From a virus, in IMG/VR virus record IMGVR_UViG_3300045988_173816, positions 96,001 to 160,000 of that record: 64,000 nucleotides of DNA, one strand, 5' to 3'. Each line of letters opens with the position of its first letter. The first letter of the stretch is position 1. Positions 8,107 through 18,579 of this stretch are shown here, piece after piece. The notes beneath the pieces are model-generated. The model worked only from the letters and a program-made list of their open reading frames with translations, ran no database searches and was not told the DNA's origin. Both the position numbers and the translations under genes were made by a program.

Positions 8107-9384
8107 ATGCAAAATTTAGATTTAGACAAATCAAAAATCGTATGGGTGGTTGATTTCAACCATTTGGTACATAAGTATTTCCAAGGAATGCGCGCCAAAG
8201 GAGTTACTTTGACGGCTGATGTAGTGGTTGAGAGAGTAGACTCTATGGGGTCAGTCTATACAGAAAATGTAGTTGTAGATACTACGGTATTGTCTGCAAT
8301 GTTGAAGTTCTTTGCGAACCGACTTTCAGGAGCAGGCTATAACCCAATGGTCATTTGTGCCGACTCTAAGATTTGGTCTCGCAAGGAGTACATTAAAGAC
8401 TTGCTTAAACGAGAAGGTAAAGGTGGTACTTATAAATCAGGTCGTCCTAAGCTCGCACCAGATTGGTGGAACTCTGCTGAGTTGTGTTTAGCTTTGCTGA
8501 AGAAAATCGGTGTTTGTGTCTTGAAGAAAGACAACTATGAAGCAGATGATTTAATTGCAGAAGCAGTAAGGGTCGCTAAAATTCAGTACCCCAACAACCC
8601 TATTTGTGTGTTGACGGGGGACTTGGATATGGTTCCATTGGTTGATGATCAAGTCTCAGTATATATGTACCCAGCAACTCAAACATTAGCAGAGCAGGGG
8701 TACCCAGAGTTGAACAACTATGAGCAAATTACTCCTCGCACTTATAAACGTATTTTAGAGCGTAAAACTTCTGTAAAGAAGTTAGGTGGTTTTGCGGATT
8801 ACAATACTTTGTTAGCAACTAAGATTATCCGAGGAGATAGTTCTGATACGATTCCTTGTATGAAAGGGTTCTTTAGAAAACCTAAACGCTTGGTTGACTT
8901 ATTACAGAAAGTTGCAGAGGAAGAGGGTTTTAAAGAGTTTCGATATGAGCCTTGTGATGTTTTTTACGAATATAAACCAACAGGCAAGTGGTATCCTGTA
9001 CTTCCGTACAAGCGCCAAGTGGATCGATACACTTTACCGAGTTTAGCAGATGTTCCATTCTCAACTGAGGGTTTGTCTCCACTCTTTATGGCGAAAGATT
9101 GGTTTGTAAAGATTGAAGAACCGACTGAAAAGATTGATCAGATGGTTTCTGTGTTGATGAAACACGGTTTAACTGAGGAAGAAGGTCAGCAGTTTAAAGA
9201 CAGATATAGAGCTATGAACTTAAATGGTGCTTTCTTAGAGATGCGCGAGCCAAAACTCCGAAGAAAACCGTATCGACTGTTGGAACCTTCAGAATATGGC
9301 GCTGATTATATCATTCCTCCTATGGACTTAGCTTTATTAAATGTTGAAGCACTTAAGTTCCAAATTCACATTCAAGGGGTGTAA
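8107..9384 (+). CDS. 5'-3' exonuclease / flap endonuclease (PIN-like 53EXO + H3TH)
   Basis: Motifs VVDFNHLVHKYF, YKSGRP, EADDLIAEA, TGDLDMVPLV and IRGDSSDTIPCM match the Pol I 5'-nuclease/FEN family. Confidence 0.85.
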   Translation: MQNLDLDKSKIVWVVDFNHLVHKYFQGMRAKGVTLTADVVVERVDSMGSVYTENVVVDTTVLSAMLKFFANRLSGAGYNPMVICADSKIWSRKEYIKDLLKREGKGGTYKSGRPKLAPDWWNSAELCLALLKKIGVCVLKKDNYEADDLIAEAVRVAKIQYPNNPICVLTGDLDMVPLVDDQVSVYMYPATQTLAEQGYPELNNYEQITPRTYKRILERKTSVKKLGGFADYNTLLATKIIRGDSSDTIPCMKGFFRKPKRLVDLLQKVAEEEGFKEFRYEPCDVFYEYKPTGKWYPVLPYKRQVDRYTLPSLADVPFSTEGLSPLFMAKDWFVKIEEPTEKIDQMVSVLMKHGLTEEEGQQFKDRYRAMNLNGAFLEMREPKLRRKPYRLLEPSEYGADYIIPPMDLALLNVEALKFQIHIQGV

Positions 9385-9388
9385 GATT

Positions 9389-9607
9389 TTGAAATACACA
9401 TTGATTTTTACACCATTAGAGGGTGAAGATGCAGGGTTTGATTTTACCGTTGTAGAGAAAGTTTTTCATAGAGCCTATAGTCGTTTAAAAGATAAAGGTT
9501 TTCCGATTGAGGAACTTACTGAAAATTCGATTGTGACTGGTGTTTATCCCAAGGTCGGCAGTCGATTTGATGGGGTTCGAGGAATGTTTACAAAGGAGTT
9601 GAGTTAA
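9389..9607 (+). CDS. 72-aa hypothetical protein
   Basis: AAGGGG SD lies about 8 nt before TTG-9389, just after the exonuclease stop. The track start 9341 overlaps the upstream gene. Confidence 0.5.
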   Translation: MKYTLIFTPLEGEDAGFDFTVVEKVFHRAYSRLKDKGFPIEELTENSIVTGVYPKVGSRFDGVRGMFTKELS

Positions 9608-9613
9608 CAGATT

Positions 9614-11956
9614 ATGGTGCATTTAAAAGTATTTGAGGCCTTTGCAGGAGTAGGTTCTCAACACATGGCTTTGAGGAATTTAGGTGTTGATTATGAGGTT
9701 GTAGGGGTATCTGAGATTGATAATTTCGCCCATCAGTCTTATGAAGCTATTCACGGAGAAACTAAGAACTTTGGAGACATTTCAAAGTTGCAACCTGAGG
9801 ATTTACCAGACTTTGACTTGTTTACTTACTCTTTCCCTTGTTTCACAGGAGACTCTTTAGTATTTGTAAAGGAAAAAGGATATGTTCCGATTAAGGATAT
9901 TTCTGTAGGTGATTTGGTTTTAACTCACACAGGGGAGTATAAAGAGGTTACTGCTCATTATAATCAAGGGGTAAAACCTATTACAGAAGTATCTACGATG
10001 TTGTCGTCAACTATAAAGACAACCGCTAATCATCAATTTTATGTACGTACTAAAATAAAAGATACTTCTAATAGTTGTGGTTTTTATTTTACACAACCAT
10101 ATTGGAAAGTGGCGGAAGATTTACAGAAATCTGACTATGTGGGTTTTCCAGTAAATTCTGAATCTAAATTACCGACTTGGGAGGGTATTCTTTATACGTG
10201 GTCTGATGGTAGAAAACCTCGTTTAAAGAATAAAATTAAAGATAAATTAACAGATGTTCGATTTTGGTGGTTAATTGGTCGATATATTGCAGATGGTTGG
10301 GTTCGAAGTCAAGGAGGTATTGTTTTAGGTATTGGTAATTCTAAGTTACCTTTAGTTCAAAATCAATTAGCGGGTATTTACAATTATTCAGTTTCGGAAG
10401 AAGGTTCAGTTTCTAAGGTTCATATACCAGATAAGGAGTTAGAAAACTTCTTAGAATCAGTAGGTAAAGGTGCATCTAATAAGGTACTTCCTTATGCTTG
10501 GTTAGATTTACCTGTAAACTATTTACAAGCTCTAGTTGAAGGTTATTTAAGTGGGGACGGTTACGTTCAAGGTACTAGAATTGTAGCTAGTTCTACAAGT
10601 CAATCCTTAATATTAGGTATGGCTCAAGCTATCATGAAGGTTTATAAACGACCCGTAAAAATATATTCTAATAAATTACGTAGTAAACCTCATATAATAG
10701 AGGGTAGATTGATTAAAGAAAATCCTAGTTGGAGTTTAGCTTTTACTAAAGAAGCTCGTAAACATGATCGCTCTTTTTATGAGGATGATTTTGTTTGGGG
10801 TCCAGTACGTTCTGTGGTTTTATCAGAAAATAAAGAATATGTTTACGATATTAGTGTAAAAGATAATCACTCTTTCACAGTTCAAAACTGTATTGTTCAT
10901 AACTGCACAGATTTAAGTTCTGCAGGAAAACAAAGAGGGTTTGAAAAGGGTTCAGGAACGTCCTCTTCCTTGTTGTGGGAGTGTCAACGTATTATTGAAG
11001 GTAAGAAACCAAAAGCCTTGCTCTTAGAGAATGTAAAAGCTCTTACAAGTGTTAAATTTAGAGATGGTTTTCACTCTTGGTTGTCTTTTTTAAGAGGTTT
11101 AGGTTACATGAACTACTATGGGGTTCTCAATGCCAAAGACTTTGGACTTCCTCAGAATAGAGAACGAGTATTTGTTGTTTCAATTTTAGGAAAGCACAAA
11201 CCATATCGTTTTCCAAATGGTTTTGATGATGGTTCTACAATGGCTTCTCTGTTGGGTAGTGAGTTAGACACGAAGAAGTGGCACAAGCAGTACAATATAG
11301 ATCGATTTACTTACGAATTGCGGGATAAAGGGATTGTGCATTACCTTGGTCGCTTCAATGTTCCTATTGACTATAAGTTAGATAAGTTGAAAGAGCAATG
11401 TTTCGAAGATATAGGTCTTTCAACTGTTAAAGAGTCAATAGGAATGCGCACGCAGTGTTTGTTTCCAACAGGAAAAGTAAGCTGCATGTTAGCTTCGGAC
11501 TATAAGTACCCTAAAACAGTAGTTGAGGGTATAGGTTGTGAAGTTCCGTCTAAGTTGTACCCTTCGGATGCAAGTGATCCTCTAGCTCGTCCTTTTGTGG
11601 AATATGAGAGAGGTTTGACCTCTACAAGAGAAGAACTAGCAAAAGACCCAAGTGTATTGTGGTTGTCGGAAAAAACTGCAAACAAACCACAAGGGTTGTT
11701 TAACTTAGCTTTAATGTTGTCTGAGGATCAAGTAGAAGAGCTAGAACCTCTAAGTGGATTTTACTCTATGCGGTATCTGACTGCAGGGGAATGTTGGAAA
11801 TTTATGGGGTTCTCTTATGATGATTATCAAAAAGCAAAAGCAGTAGGTTTATCTGATTTACAACTTTATAAACAAGCGGGTAACTCGATTGCAGTTCCTT
11901 GTTTGGAAGTTTTGTTTAAAGAGATTTATACTTCGCTTGAATTAGAACGTGATTAA
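9614..11956 (+). CDS. C5-cytosine DNA methyltransferase of the SPbeta/SPR phage (multispecific) type, interrupted by an intein
   Basis: Motif I FEAFAGVGS; motif IV YSFP|C TDLSSAGK split by the intein; ENVKAL; QNRERVFVVS; LYKQAGNSIAVP. The N- and C-termini resemble M.SPRI as I remember it (NFGDVSK..LPEFDL; RLTPLECFRLQ..QLYKQAGNSI). Confidence 0.9.
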   Translation: MVHLKVFEAFAGVGSQHMALRNLGVDYEVVGVSEIDNFAHQSYEAIHGETKNFGDISKLQPEDLPDFDLFTYSFPCFTGDSLVFVKEKGYVPIKDISVGDLVLTHTGEYKEVTAHYNQGVKPITEVSTMLSSTIKTTANHQFYVRTKIKDTSNSCGFYFTQPYWKVAEDLQKSDYVGFPVNSESKLPTWEGILYTWSDGRKPRLKNKIKDKLTDVRFWWLIGRYIADGWVRSQGGIVLGIGNSKLPLVQNQLAGIYNYSVSEEGSVSKVHIPDKELENFLESVGKGASNKVLPYAWLDLPVNYLQALVEGYLSGDGYVQGTRIVASSTSQSLILGMAQAIMKVYKRPVKIYSNKLRSKPHIIEGRLIKENPSWSLAFTKEARKHDRSFYEDDFVWGPVRSVVLSENKEYVYDISVKDNHSFTVQNCIVHNCTDLSSAGKQRGFEKGSGTSSSLLWECQRIIEGKKPKALLLENVKALTSVKFRDGFHSWLSFLRGLGYMNYYGVLNAKDFGLPQNRERVFVVSILGKHKPYRFPNGFDDGSTMASLLGSELDTKKWHKQYNIDRFTYELRDKGIVHYLGRFNVPIDYKLDKLKEQCFEDIGLSTVKESIGMRTQCLFPTGKVSCMLASDYKYPKTVVEGIGCEVPSKLYPSDASDPLARPFVEYERGLTSTREELAKDPSVLWLSEKTANKPQGLFNLALMLSEDQVEELEPLSGFYSMRYLTAGECWKFMGFSYDDYQKAKAVGLSDLQLYKQAGNSIAVPCLEVLFKEIYTSLELERD
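9839..10903 (+). mobile_element. intein (355 aa) with LAGLIDADG homing endonuclease domain
   Basis: Starts CFTGDSLV and ends IVHN, followed by the +1 Cys. LAGLIDADG-like blocks LIGRYIADGWV and LVEGYLSGDGYV. Removal restores FPC-TDLS. Confidence 0.85.
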
Positions 11957-11977
11957 ACTAGAAGGGGAGGTACTGAG

Positions 11978-12502
11978 TTGGTTGTGTTAACAGAGTTTAA
12001 AGATTTAGCACAAGGGCGATTGACCGTAGATGAGTTTAGGTTACAGAAGGTTCAATTTGATAGAAGTGCTTTACTAGACACTTTTGATGATTTCGCAAAA
12101 CATAAACTTCTTTGGAAGGTGGTTTCTCGCTCTTCTAAAGATGAAGATATTCATTTAGTAGATTTACTATTTGAAGTGGTTTACCCCGATATAACAGATG
12201 GTATAGTGTTACCTGTAGGTTTTACTCAATCTATGTCTATCTTTTCTAATTCAACAGTTTCTTGCGGTCATGATATAGATTGTATTCGTACTGTTTATGT
12301 CTCTTTATTGGAGTATGTTGAGCTTTATTTTGGAACAGGTTATAGAAATTCTATGAAAATAAAGCAATATCAGAAGAATAAAGCTTTGGTAGAAGGTCAT
12401 GAGGCGGTTGCTAACTTACGAGTAGGTGAAGTAGTTGGGTATCCTCAAACTCTACCAGAAGTCAAAGCAAGTACAAATGAAGAGTTAGAAAGTGAAATTT
12501 AA
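11978..12502 (+). CDS. hypothetical protein
   Basis: TTG start behind an AGGGGAGG SD. 174-aa ORF. Confidence 0.7.
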   Translation: MVVLTEFKDLAQGRLTVDEFRLQKVQFDRSALLDTFDDFAKHKLLWKVVSRSSKDEDIHLVDLLFEVVYPDITDGIVLPVGFTQSMSIFSNSTVSCGHDIDCIRTVYVSLLEYVELYFGTGYRNSMKIKQYQKNKALVEGHEAVANLRVGEVVGYPQTLPEVKASTNEELESEI

Positions 12503-12657
12503 GTTAAATGAGTGAGAAGAATTTTAAAACTGTAAACCAAGATGAAGTGAATCCTCAAGTAGTTAAATTTATTTAGAAGTATAAAAAAGTAAAACATGAT
12601 AAGACTGAAATAGTCTTGGATTGTATAGAAGGTAGTCGCAGTCGCCTCAACTCTGAT

Positions 12658-12681
12658 TCTTGTGCAGTATACTGCACAAGA
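12658..12681. promoter_or_regulatory. 24-bp perfect palindrome (operator candidate or T-less hairpin)
   Basis: TCTTGTGCAGTA|TACTGCACAAGA. No T-run follows. Lies about 150 bp upstream of adhesin gene 1. Confidence 0.4.
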
Positions 12682-12836
12682 ATAAGGTGAGAAACAACTT
12701 ATGTTGGAAACTTTAATTTTGTTAAGAAATTAGAGAACTGTAATTGCTTGATTTCTTTGAGTTTAAATGTTAAAATAAATTTATACTTGACTATGAGTTT
12801 TATTATATTAAAAAATAAAAGAAAGTAGAGATTAAA

Positions 12837-15800
12837 ATGAATAATTTTAATAGCAAACAACGCTTTGGGATTCGAAAGATTCATGGTATTACAGGTTCGG
12901 TACTTTTAGGTCTTTTGGTGTTTTCAATGGCAACTTTAGATAATGTATCTGCAAATGAAGTGTCAGATGTAACTTCTGTAACTTCGTTGGTATCTAATAC
13001 GGATAATGTGATTAATTCAGCAGAATTAAAAGAAGTAGATTCTGGGTCGGAAACAGTTACAAAACCAAAAGTCAAACAATACAATCCTAAGTGGGATACT
13101 GTTGATGAGTCAGGTAATGTAGTTCGTGACTTGAATAAGTATTCTGATACTGAAGCTAATAAGCTAGAAGAGTCAGAAAATCCAGATTCAGGTGAAGTCG
13201 ATAAACCAGACTCAGGAAAAGTCGATAAACCAGACTCAGATGAAGTTGATAAACCAGATGCAGGTAAAGTTATTAAACCTGTAGATAAAGAGTCGTTTAC
13301 TTTTAAAACAACTTGGGAAGATGACTCAACTGAGGATAAGAATGGTGACGGTTCAAACTTAATGAGTAATTCATTAGTCTTTACCTATTCAAATACAGAG
13401 GCTGCGGAGAATTTGTACGTAACTATTTCTAAGGATGATAGATATAATATTATTAAGTCAAGTCAAAGTGAATATGTTGGGTCATTAAAAGATGGTCGTT
13501 CTGTCTATAAAATTAGTTATTTGAATGGGGCATCTCAAGTTGAATTTAAGTCTGATTTCAATAGCACTAGAAAAGATACAACAAAAAAGAGTGGTAAAGT
13601 GATTAGTTTCGACTATTCAGTTTACCAAGTATTATCTCCTACTCAAAATACTAGTCTTCAAACGATGCTTGATAACTCTACTAAACTATATAGTGGACGT
13701 TTAACTTATACTTATGATAAACTAAAATATGCGGGGTATACAATTACAGATAAATTGAATTCTGTAGTTAATACAAATATTGAAGCAACTGACGGTTTAA
13801 GAAAACTTGATGTAGTAGAATATAGTGCAGCGACTGGAAAACTTATTCGTAAAAGTCAAGTGATTTCTGTTGCAACAGGTTTGAATAACGCTGAGTATTC
13901 TAAAAGTTTTACTTATGGTAGGAGTGCTTATGAGTTTTCATTTGAGTATGAAACTCCTAATCATGAAAGAGAAACTATTACTGTATCTGGTATTCCAGAG
14001 GGTTTAACACCTGTTGTTAACCATAAAAAGTTAGCAGATGGATCTTATAAAATTGATATGAGAGACTTGTTGCTACAACCTCATGGTTCAACTACTATTG
14101 ATTTTACAATGAGTGATGAACTGGCTAACAAGGTTATCGAAAATCCTCAAAACTTTAAACCAGAGTATAGGTTGGAAAGATTAAATGATGATGGAACTCA
14201 ATTTATACAAGTAGTTAAAGACCCTTATGGTTTTATACTGCATCCTTACAAGAAACCAGAAGGTGAATTGTTCGAGCATAGTGTAGTTAACCTTAGAGAT
14301 GAATACACTTCCATAGATAGAAAAATATCTTATGGGGAGTATGTTAGCTTAGTAGATGCAAAACATGAACATATTCCTATGGTTGCTAGATATCAACGTT
14401 TACTTGAGGGTAGTAATCCAGCAACGGTTGTTTATGATTTACAAGGTATCGATGCCCATTTCAATAAAGTATCAAATACAGATTCAACGGTATATGCCTA
14501 TGTTAATGGTGCGTGGGTAGAAGTTTCTAACGATGATAAACTTCGTGAAGTTATTTTACCTGCAAATACTAAAAAAGTAGCTTTATCTCACGATGGTCTT
14601 AGTAAGGGTGATATGAAGTCTCCAAAATTTGATGTTTCGTTAGATAATCCAGCTAAGTTTCTTTCTGAGAATAAGAATGTTCGTACATTCTTAGACTTAC
14701 ATGCACGTGTATTCTTTTCTCCAAGTGTTGTTACATATATGGATGATAGTGATATAGACAAAGAAGGGTATATACTCGCTGAACGTGTATTGTTGTTGCC
14801 TAAGGAAAAGTGGGCTTACAATATTAAGATCGAGAGTTCTCGTTACCCTTTACCTTTTGAACGTGGGACAACAGCTATCAATGTTCGAACTAACTGGGAA
14901 ACAGATGGGCCCTCTGATGTTAGACGTGAACACCCAACAACTCATGTAGATTACTTTGTACATTTATCTAAGGATGTGGCAAAACTTAATCCAAAGTTCG
15001 ATAAATCTGTAACTGTTTTATCTGAATCTAAAGTAGATGATGGTGTTGTTTACCGTATTTCCTTTAATACTTCGGAAACTCCAGAATTTAAAATTTCTAT
15101 TGATTCTGATGGTATTACTCCAGTGAATGGAAAAGTTACAGTGGGTAAAATTGATGATTACCCCGGTCAAGATTCTAATCGTTTAATTAGTGAGAGTGGT
15201 TCAACTTACCCTATTGGTGGTTCTAAGATTGATTTTGGTCATGATTTGAAAGGTAAACATATAACCGAGTCTTCCGCTATTGTTGAGTTTAAAGCTCTTC
15301 GTGAAATATTCTCGAAATTAGAGATACTTGAACAAGAGCCTACAGTTGATTCAGTTACTAAGCAGACTACCTTCAATTATAATTTGGTGGGTTCAGTTAA
15401 TGACTACACTGGTACAGGTAAAGCTATAAAAAATGCCATTTTCGGTATCCCTAAAACAAGAAAAGGTACAATTTTAAACCTTAGTAAGGTTTTAGAGAAT
15501 CAGGTTGGAGTCTTATCTTATTCTTATGAGTTAGATAACAGTGGTACTTTTACAAGCTCTATTCAACCTTCTGAGTTATCAAAAGTAACGAAAGTTAAAG
15601 TTACTTATGATAATGCAGTAACTGTAACTGCTGAAAACCCTTGGGTATTTACAATTCCTTTAGTTGTTGATGAAAAATCTAAAGATACTAAAGAAGCTAT
15701 TGGTACTTTGTCATTTGAATATTCAGACGATACATCATTAGTTACAAACAATGTTCAAGTTAGGAAAGCAGCTATTCCACGAGAACGTGAAGATAAGAAA

Positions 15801-18545
15801 CCGTCTATTCCAAAAGAGCGTAAAGATTTTCTGAAGTTTCAATACTTTGAAACTGTCGTTAGCATAGGCAACTATGATGAAACAAATCCTTTGTATAAAC
15901 CTAATAGATTTGAAGCATTGAAGAAATATCTTCAAGAACATCATACTGAGGTTATTCCAAAAAATGGGGAAAATGGTCTTAGTAGTCACATTGTTGGCAG
16001 ATTGGGTGATGAATCTATTGTTAAACGTATTTATACTGGTACAATGGGTAAAGTTACCTTAAATGCTGAGGATATTTTTGAGTATGTTTATGATAAAGAG
16101 ACGCTAAAAGGTAAAATTAAGGAAATAGTACCGTATCATATAAATCCTGAGCCAGACGGGAAGGTTGATCCTAATTCTTATGAAGCTAATACAAATTATG
16201 TGTTACAAGCCATCGTTAAGGTTGACAAAAATGGTAATGAGTCATTTTTACGAAAAGGTGAGACCTTTACAGTTTCAGACATTGATGAAATTAGGGTATA
16301 TTACACCCCTTATACTAAAATAAAATCCAGAGGTTACATTTATACATCAAGGGTAGATAATCCTGATGATTATGTTAGAAATAACCCTATCTCAGACGAG
16401 GGTGTTCCTATTGAGGACTTTATGCGATATGAAGTCACTTCTAATATGATTGGTAAACCATTGTATAATGATGATGTTGAAGGTTTGACTTACGGTTCGT
16501 CAGCTATTGTTAAACCTAAAGAGATACCTTCTCGTACAGAAGTTGAAGAAAATGACCGATTTAAACGTACCGTTACTTATAGTTATACCTACCACCCTTT
16601 AAAAGACATTGATGGGTATAAGGATGATGGAACTCGTCTTGTAGCTTATAATGGTACAAGTACGGATCTTCATGCAGTATTCTTTTATGACGAACATGTT
16701 GATGAGAAGATTGAGTGGAAAACTAATCCACTGAATGTACGTTACATTGATATTGACACTGGCGCTTTGTTAACTTCTTATCAGGTTCAACGATTGAAGG
16801 ATGAACCTATTGGTGACTTTGATCGTGAATATCCTAGTTATACATTTATAAGAGCTGATTTTGAACCTACAGAGTTAATGGGTGATTCTGAGCGTACTGT
16901 TAACTTGTATTTCAAACATCAGAAAGCAACTGTCCGTACTGAAATTTATGTGGATGATGTCTTGGTATCGACTAAAGATAAAGAAGTTGATACCTTATCA
17001 CCAGTTGATAAATCTGTATCTGATCAAGTCATTGAACATGAGAATAAGGTAGCTAAGTACATTAGAACAGAGTCTGACGGTGATTTTGCTAGTGAAGACG
17101 GTTCTATTGTAACAGTTAAACATTATTATGAAACTGTTCGTGAAATAAATGATGTTGAGGTCAATGTTGTGTTCAAATATAAAGACACGGTTGTTGGTTC
17201 AACATTGGCAGATTCTGGAAAACAAGGTAATGATGTCGATTGGAACGTATTGTCAAGCACTTCAGATATTGTAGACATAGTTACTTATAAACCGTTAAAT
17301 GGTACATGGGAAGACCTTAAATTGACAGGTAAATTACCTTATGAAGAAGGTAAACGTATTTATACAGTAGAAATTCCAGTAACTAAGCGTGTTGGTCGTA
17401 TCATTGTGAACCATAAGGATGAATCAGGGGTTGATATTATTCCACAAGAAGTTTATAAAGAACAACCGGTGGGTACTCCTTACGATAAGATTTTGCCATC
17501 TACAAAAATTCCTTTTGAACAAGGATATGTAAATAAAGATGGTAAGTTGTATTTACGAACTACATCTTATATTCGTGTCACAAAAGACGATTTCGGACCA
17601 GGTACACTTGTAGAAGGTGATAATGTCTTTACCTTTGTATTTAAGAAAGCTACTAAAGATATTGAACCTAACATTGTAGGGAAGATACCTAATGATGCTC
17701 CGAAGGTAGAGATTCCAGAATACAACGAACCTATTGGTATCTCTGGAGTTCCAGAAGTTCATGAAAAACTTGACTTTATAGGTGGGGTAGTGCCTCTCAA
17801 TCCTCCTATTGTAACTATTCCAGAATACTTGGAACCTGTCGGTACTGTACCGAATGACGCTCCTAAGTTGGAGATTCCTGAATTTGAAGGTGGTGTAGTA
17901 CCGAACGATGCTCCTAAAGTTGAAATTCCTAGTTATGATGAACCAGTTGGTACTGTCCCAGATGGTGCTCCTAAGGTAGAGATTCCTGAATTTGATGGTG
18001 GTATTCCAGGTATTCCAGAAATTCATGAAAACCCAGAATATATGGGTGGGGTTATTCCTAATAATCCTCCTACTGTGGAATTTCCTGAATTTAAGGGTGG
18101 AGTAGTGCCCAATGATGCTCCTAAAGTGATTATCCCTAGTTACGATGAACCTATTGGTATATCAGGAACGCCAGAAGTTCATGAGAAACCGAGTTATGAT
18201 CGACCAGTTGAGGTTGTTCCTAATGATGCCCCTAAAGTTACAATTCCAGAATTTAACGGAGGTGTATCAGGAATTCCGGAAGTTCATGAAAAACTAGACT
18301 ACAACAAACCAATCGGTCTATCAGGAACACCAGAGGTTCATGAAAAACCAGAATATGAAGGTGGAGTAGTACCAAATGATGCGCCTATTCAGGAAAAACC
18401 TGAATATGTTGAAACTATTTCTTCTGTTAAGGAAACTATGTTACCAAATACAGGTGGTGCTGATTCAAGTATTTTTAGTCTTTTAGGTGGATTGTCATTA
18501 ACATCCATTCTAGGATTTGTTTTTAGACAACGTAAAGAAGAATAA
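12837..18545 (+). CDS. LPXTG-anchored surface adhesin (1902 aa) with YSIRK-type signal peptide, MucBP-like domains and a Pro-rich repeat stalk
   Basis: N-terminus KQRFGIRKIHGITGSVLLG. C-terminus LPNTGG, a hydrophobic stretch, then RQRKEE. MucBP-like VRYIDIDTGALL...NLYFKHQ. Confidence 0.9.
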   Translation: MNNFNSKQRFGIRKIHGITGSVLLGLLVFSMATLDNVSANEVSDVTSVTSLVSNTDNVINSAELKEVDSGSETVTKPKVKQYNPKWDTVDESGNVVRDLNKYSDTEANKLEESENPDSGEVDKPDSGKVDKPDSDEVDKPDAGKVIKPVDKESFTFKTTWEDDSTEDKNGDGSNLMSNSLVFTYSNTEAAENLYVTISKDDRYNIIKSSQSEYVGSLKDGRSVYKISYLNGASQVEFKSDFNSTRKDTTKKSGKVISFDYSVYQVLSPTQNTSLQTMLDNSTKLYSGRLTYTYDKLKYAGYTITDKLNSVVNTNIEATDGLRKLDVVEYSAATGKLIRKSQVISVATGLNNAEYSKSFTYGRSAYEFSFEYETPNHERETITVSGIPEGLTPVVNHKKLADGSYKIDMRDLLLQPHGSTTIDFTMSDELANKVIENPQNFKPEYRLERLNDDGTQFIQVVKDPYGFILHPYKKPEGELFEHSVVNLRDEYTSIDRKISYGEYVSLVDAKHEHIPMVARYQRLLEGSNPATVVYDLQGIDAHFNKVSNTDSTVYAYVNGAWVEVSNDDKLREVILPANTKKVALSHDGLSKGDMKSPKFDVSLDNPAKFLSENKNVRTFLDLHARVFFSPSVVTYMDDSDIDKEGYILAERVLLLPKEKWAYNIKIESSRYPLPFERGTTAINVRTNWETDGPSDVRREHPTTHVDYFVHLSKDVAKLNPKFDKSVTVLSESKVDDGVVYRISFNTSETPEFKISIDSDGITPVNGKVTVGKIDDYPGQDSNRLISESGSTYPIGGSKIDFGHDLKGKHITESSAIVEFKALREIFSKLEILEQEPTVDSVTKQTTFNYNLVGSVNDYTGTGKAIKNAIFGIPKTRKGTILNLSKVLENQVGVLSYSYELDNSGTFTSSIQPSELSKVTKVKVTYDNAVTVTAENPWVFTIPLVVDEKSKDTKEAIGTLSFEYSDDTSLVTNNVQVRKAAIPREREDKKPSIPKERKDFLKFQYFETVVSIGNYDETNPLYKPNRFEALKKYLQEHHTEVIPKNGENGLSSHIVGRLGDESIVKRIYTGTMGKVTLNAEDIFEYVYDKETLKGKIKEIVPYHINPEPDGKVDPNSYEANTNYVLQAIVKVDKNGNESFLRKGETFTVSDIDEIRVYYTPYTKIKSRGYIYTSRVDNPDDYVRNNPISDEGVPIEDFMRYEVTSNMIGKPLYNDDVEGLTYGSSAIVKPKEIPSRTEVEENDRFKRTVTYSYTYHPLKDIDGYKDDGTRLVAYNGTSTDLHAVFFYDEHVDEKIEWKTNPLNVRYIDIDTGALLTSYQVQRLKDEPIGDFDREYPSYTFIRADFEPTELMGDSERTVNLYFKHQKATVRTEIYVDDVLVSTKDKEVDTLSPVDKSVSDQVIEHENKVAKYIRTESDGDFASEDGSIVTVKHYYETVREINDVEVNVVFKYKDTVVGSTLADSGKQGNDVDWNVLSSTSDIVDIVTYKPLNGTWEDLKLTGKLPYEEGKRIYTVEIPVTKRVGRIIVNHKDESGVDIIPQEVYKEQPVGTPYDKILPSTKIPFEQGYVNKDGKLYLRTTSYIRVTKDDFGPGTLVEGDNVFTFVFKKATKDIEPNIVGKIPNDAPKVEIPEYNEPIGISGVPEVHEKLDFIGGVVPLNPPIVTIPEYLEPVGTVPNDAPKLEIPEFEGGVVPNDAPKVEIPSYDEPVGTVPDGAPKVEIPEFDGGIPGIPEIHENPEYMGGVIPNNPPTVEFPEFKGGVVPNDAPKVIIPSYDEPIGISGTPEVHEKPSYDRPVEVVPNDAPKVTIPEFNGGVSGIPEVHEKLDYNKPIGLSGTPEVHEKPEYEGGVVPNDAPIQEKPEYVETISSVKETMLPNTGGADSSIFSLLGGLSLTSILGFVFRQRKEE
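13181..13276 (+). repeat. 4 x 24-nt tandem coding repeat (PDSGxVDK)
   Basis: CCAGAYTCAGGWGAAGTCGATAAA-like units read directly from the sequence. Confidence 0.85.
17677..18410 (+). repeat. degenerate tandem coding repeats (VPNDAPKVEIPEF/Y..GG and GIPEVHEKP units)
   Basis: About 10 or more Pro-rich units in the C-terminal stalk of adhesin 1. They also create the spurious antisense ORF 17553..18026. Confidence 0.85.
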
Positions 18546-18552
18546 GTAAAAA

Positions 18553-18579
18553 AAGAGGTACTAAAGGTATCTCTTTTTA
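18553..18579 (+). terminator. intrinsic terminator
   Basis: 9-bp stem AAGAGGTAC/GTATCTCTT (one G-T pair), then TTT. Confidence 0.65.

Noticed and set aside
17677-18410. Regularly spaced repeats that might suggest a CRISPR array.
   Set aside because: They are in-frame, degenerate coding repeats (VPNDAPKVEIPEF..) within the LPXTG adhesin. There is no repeat/unique-spacer alternation, and no cas genes occur in the window.
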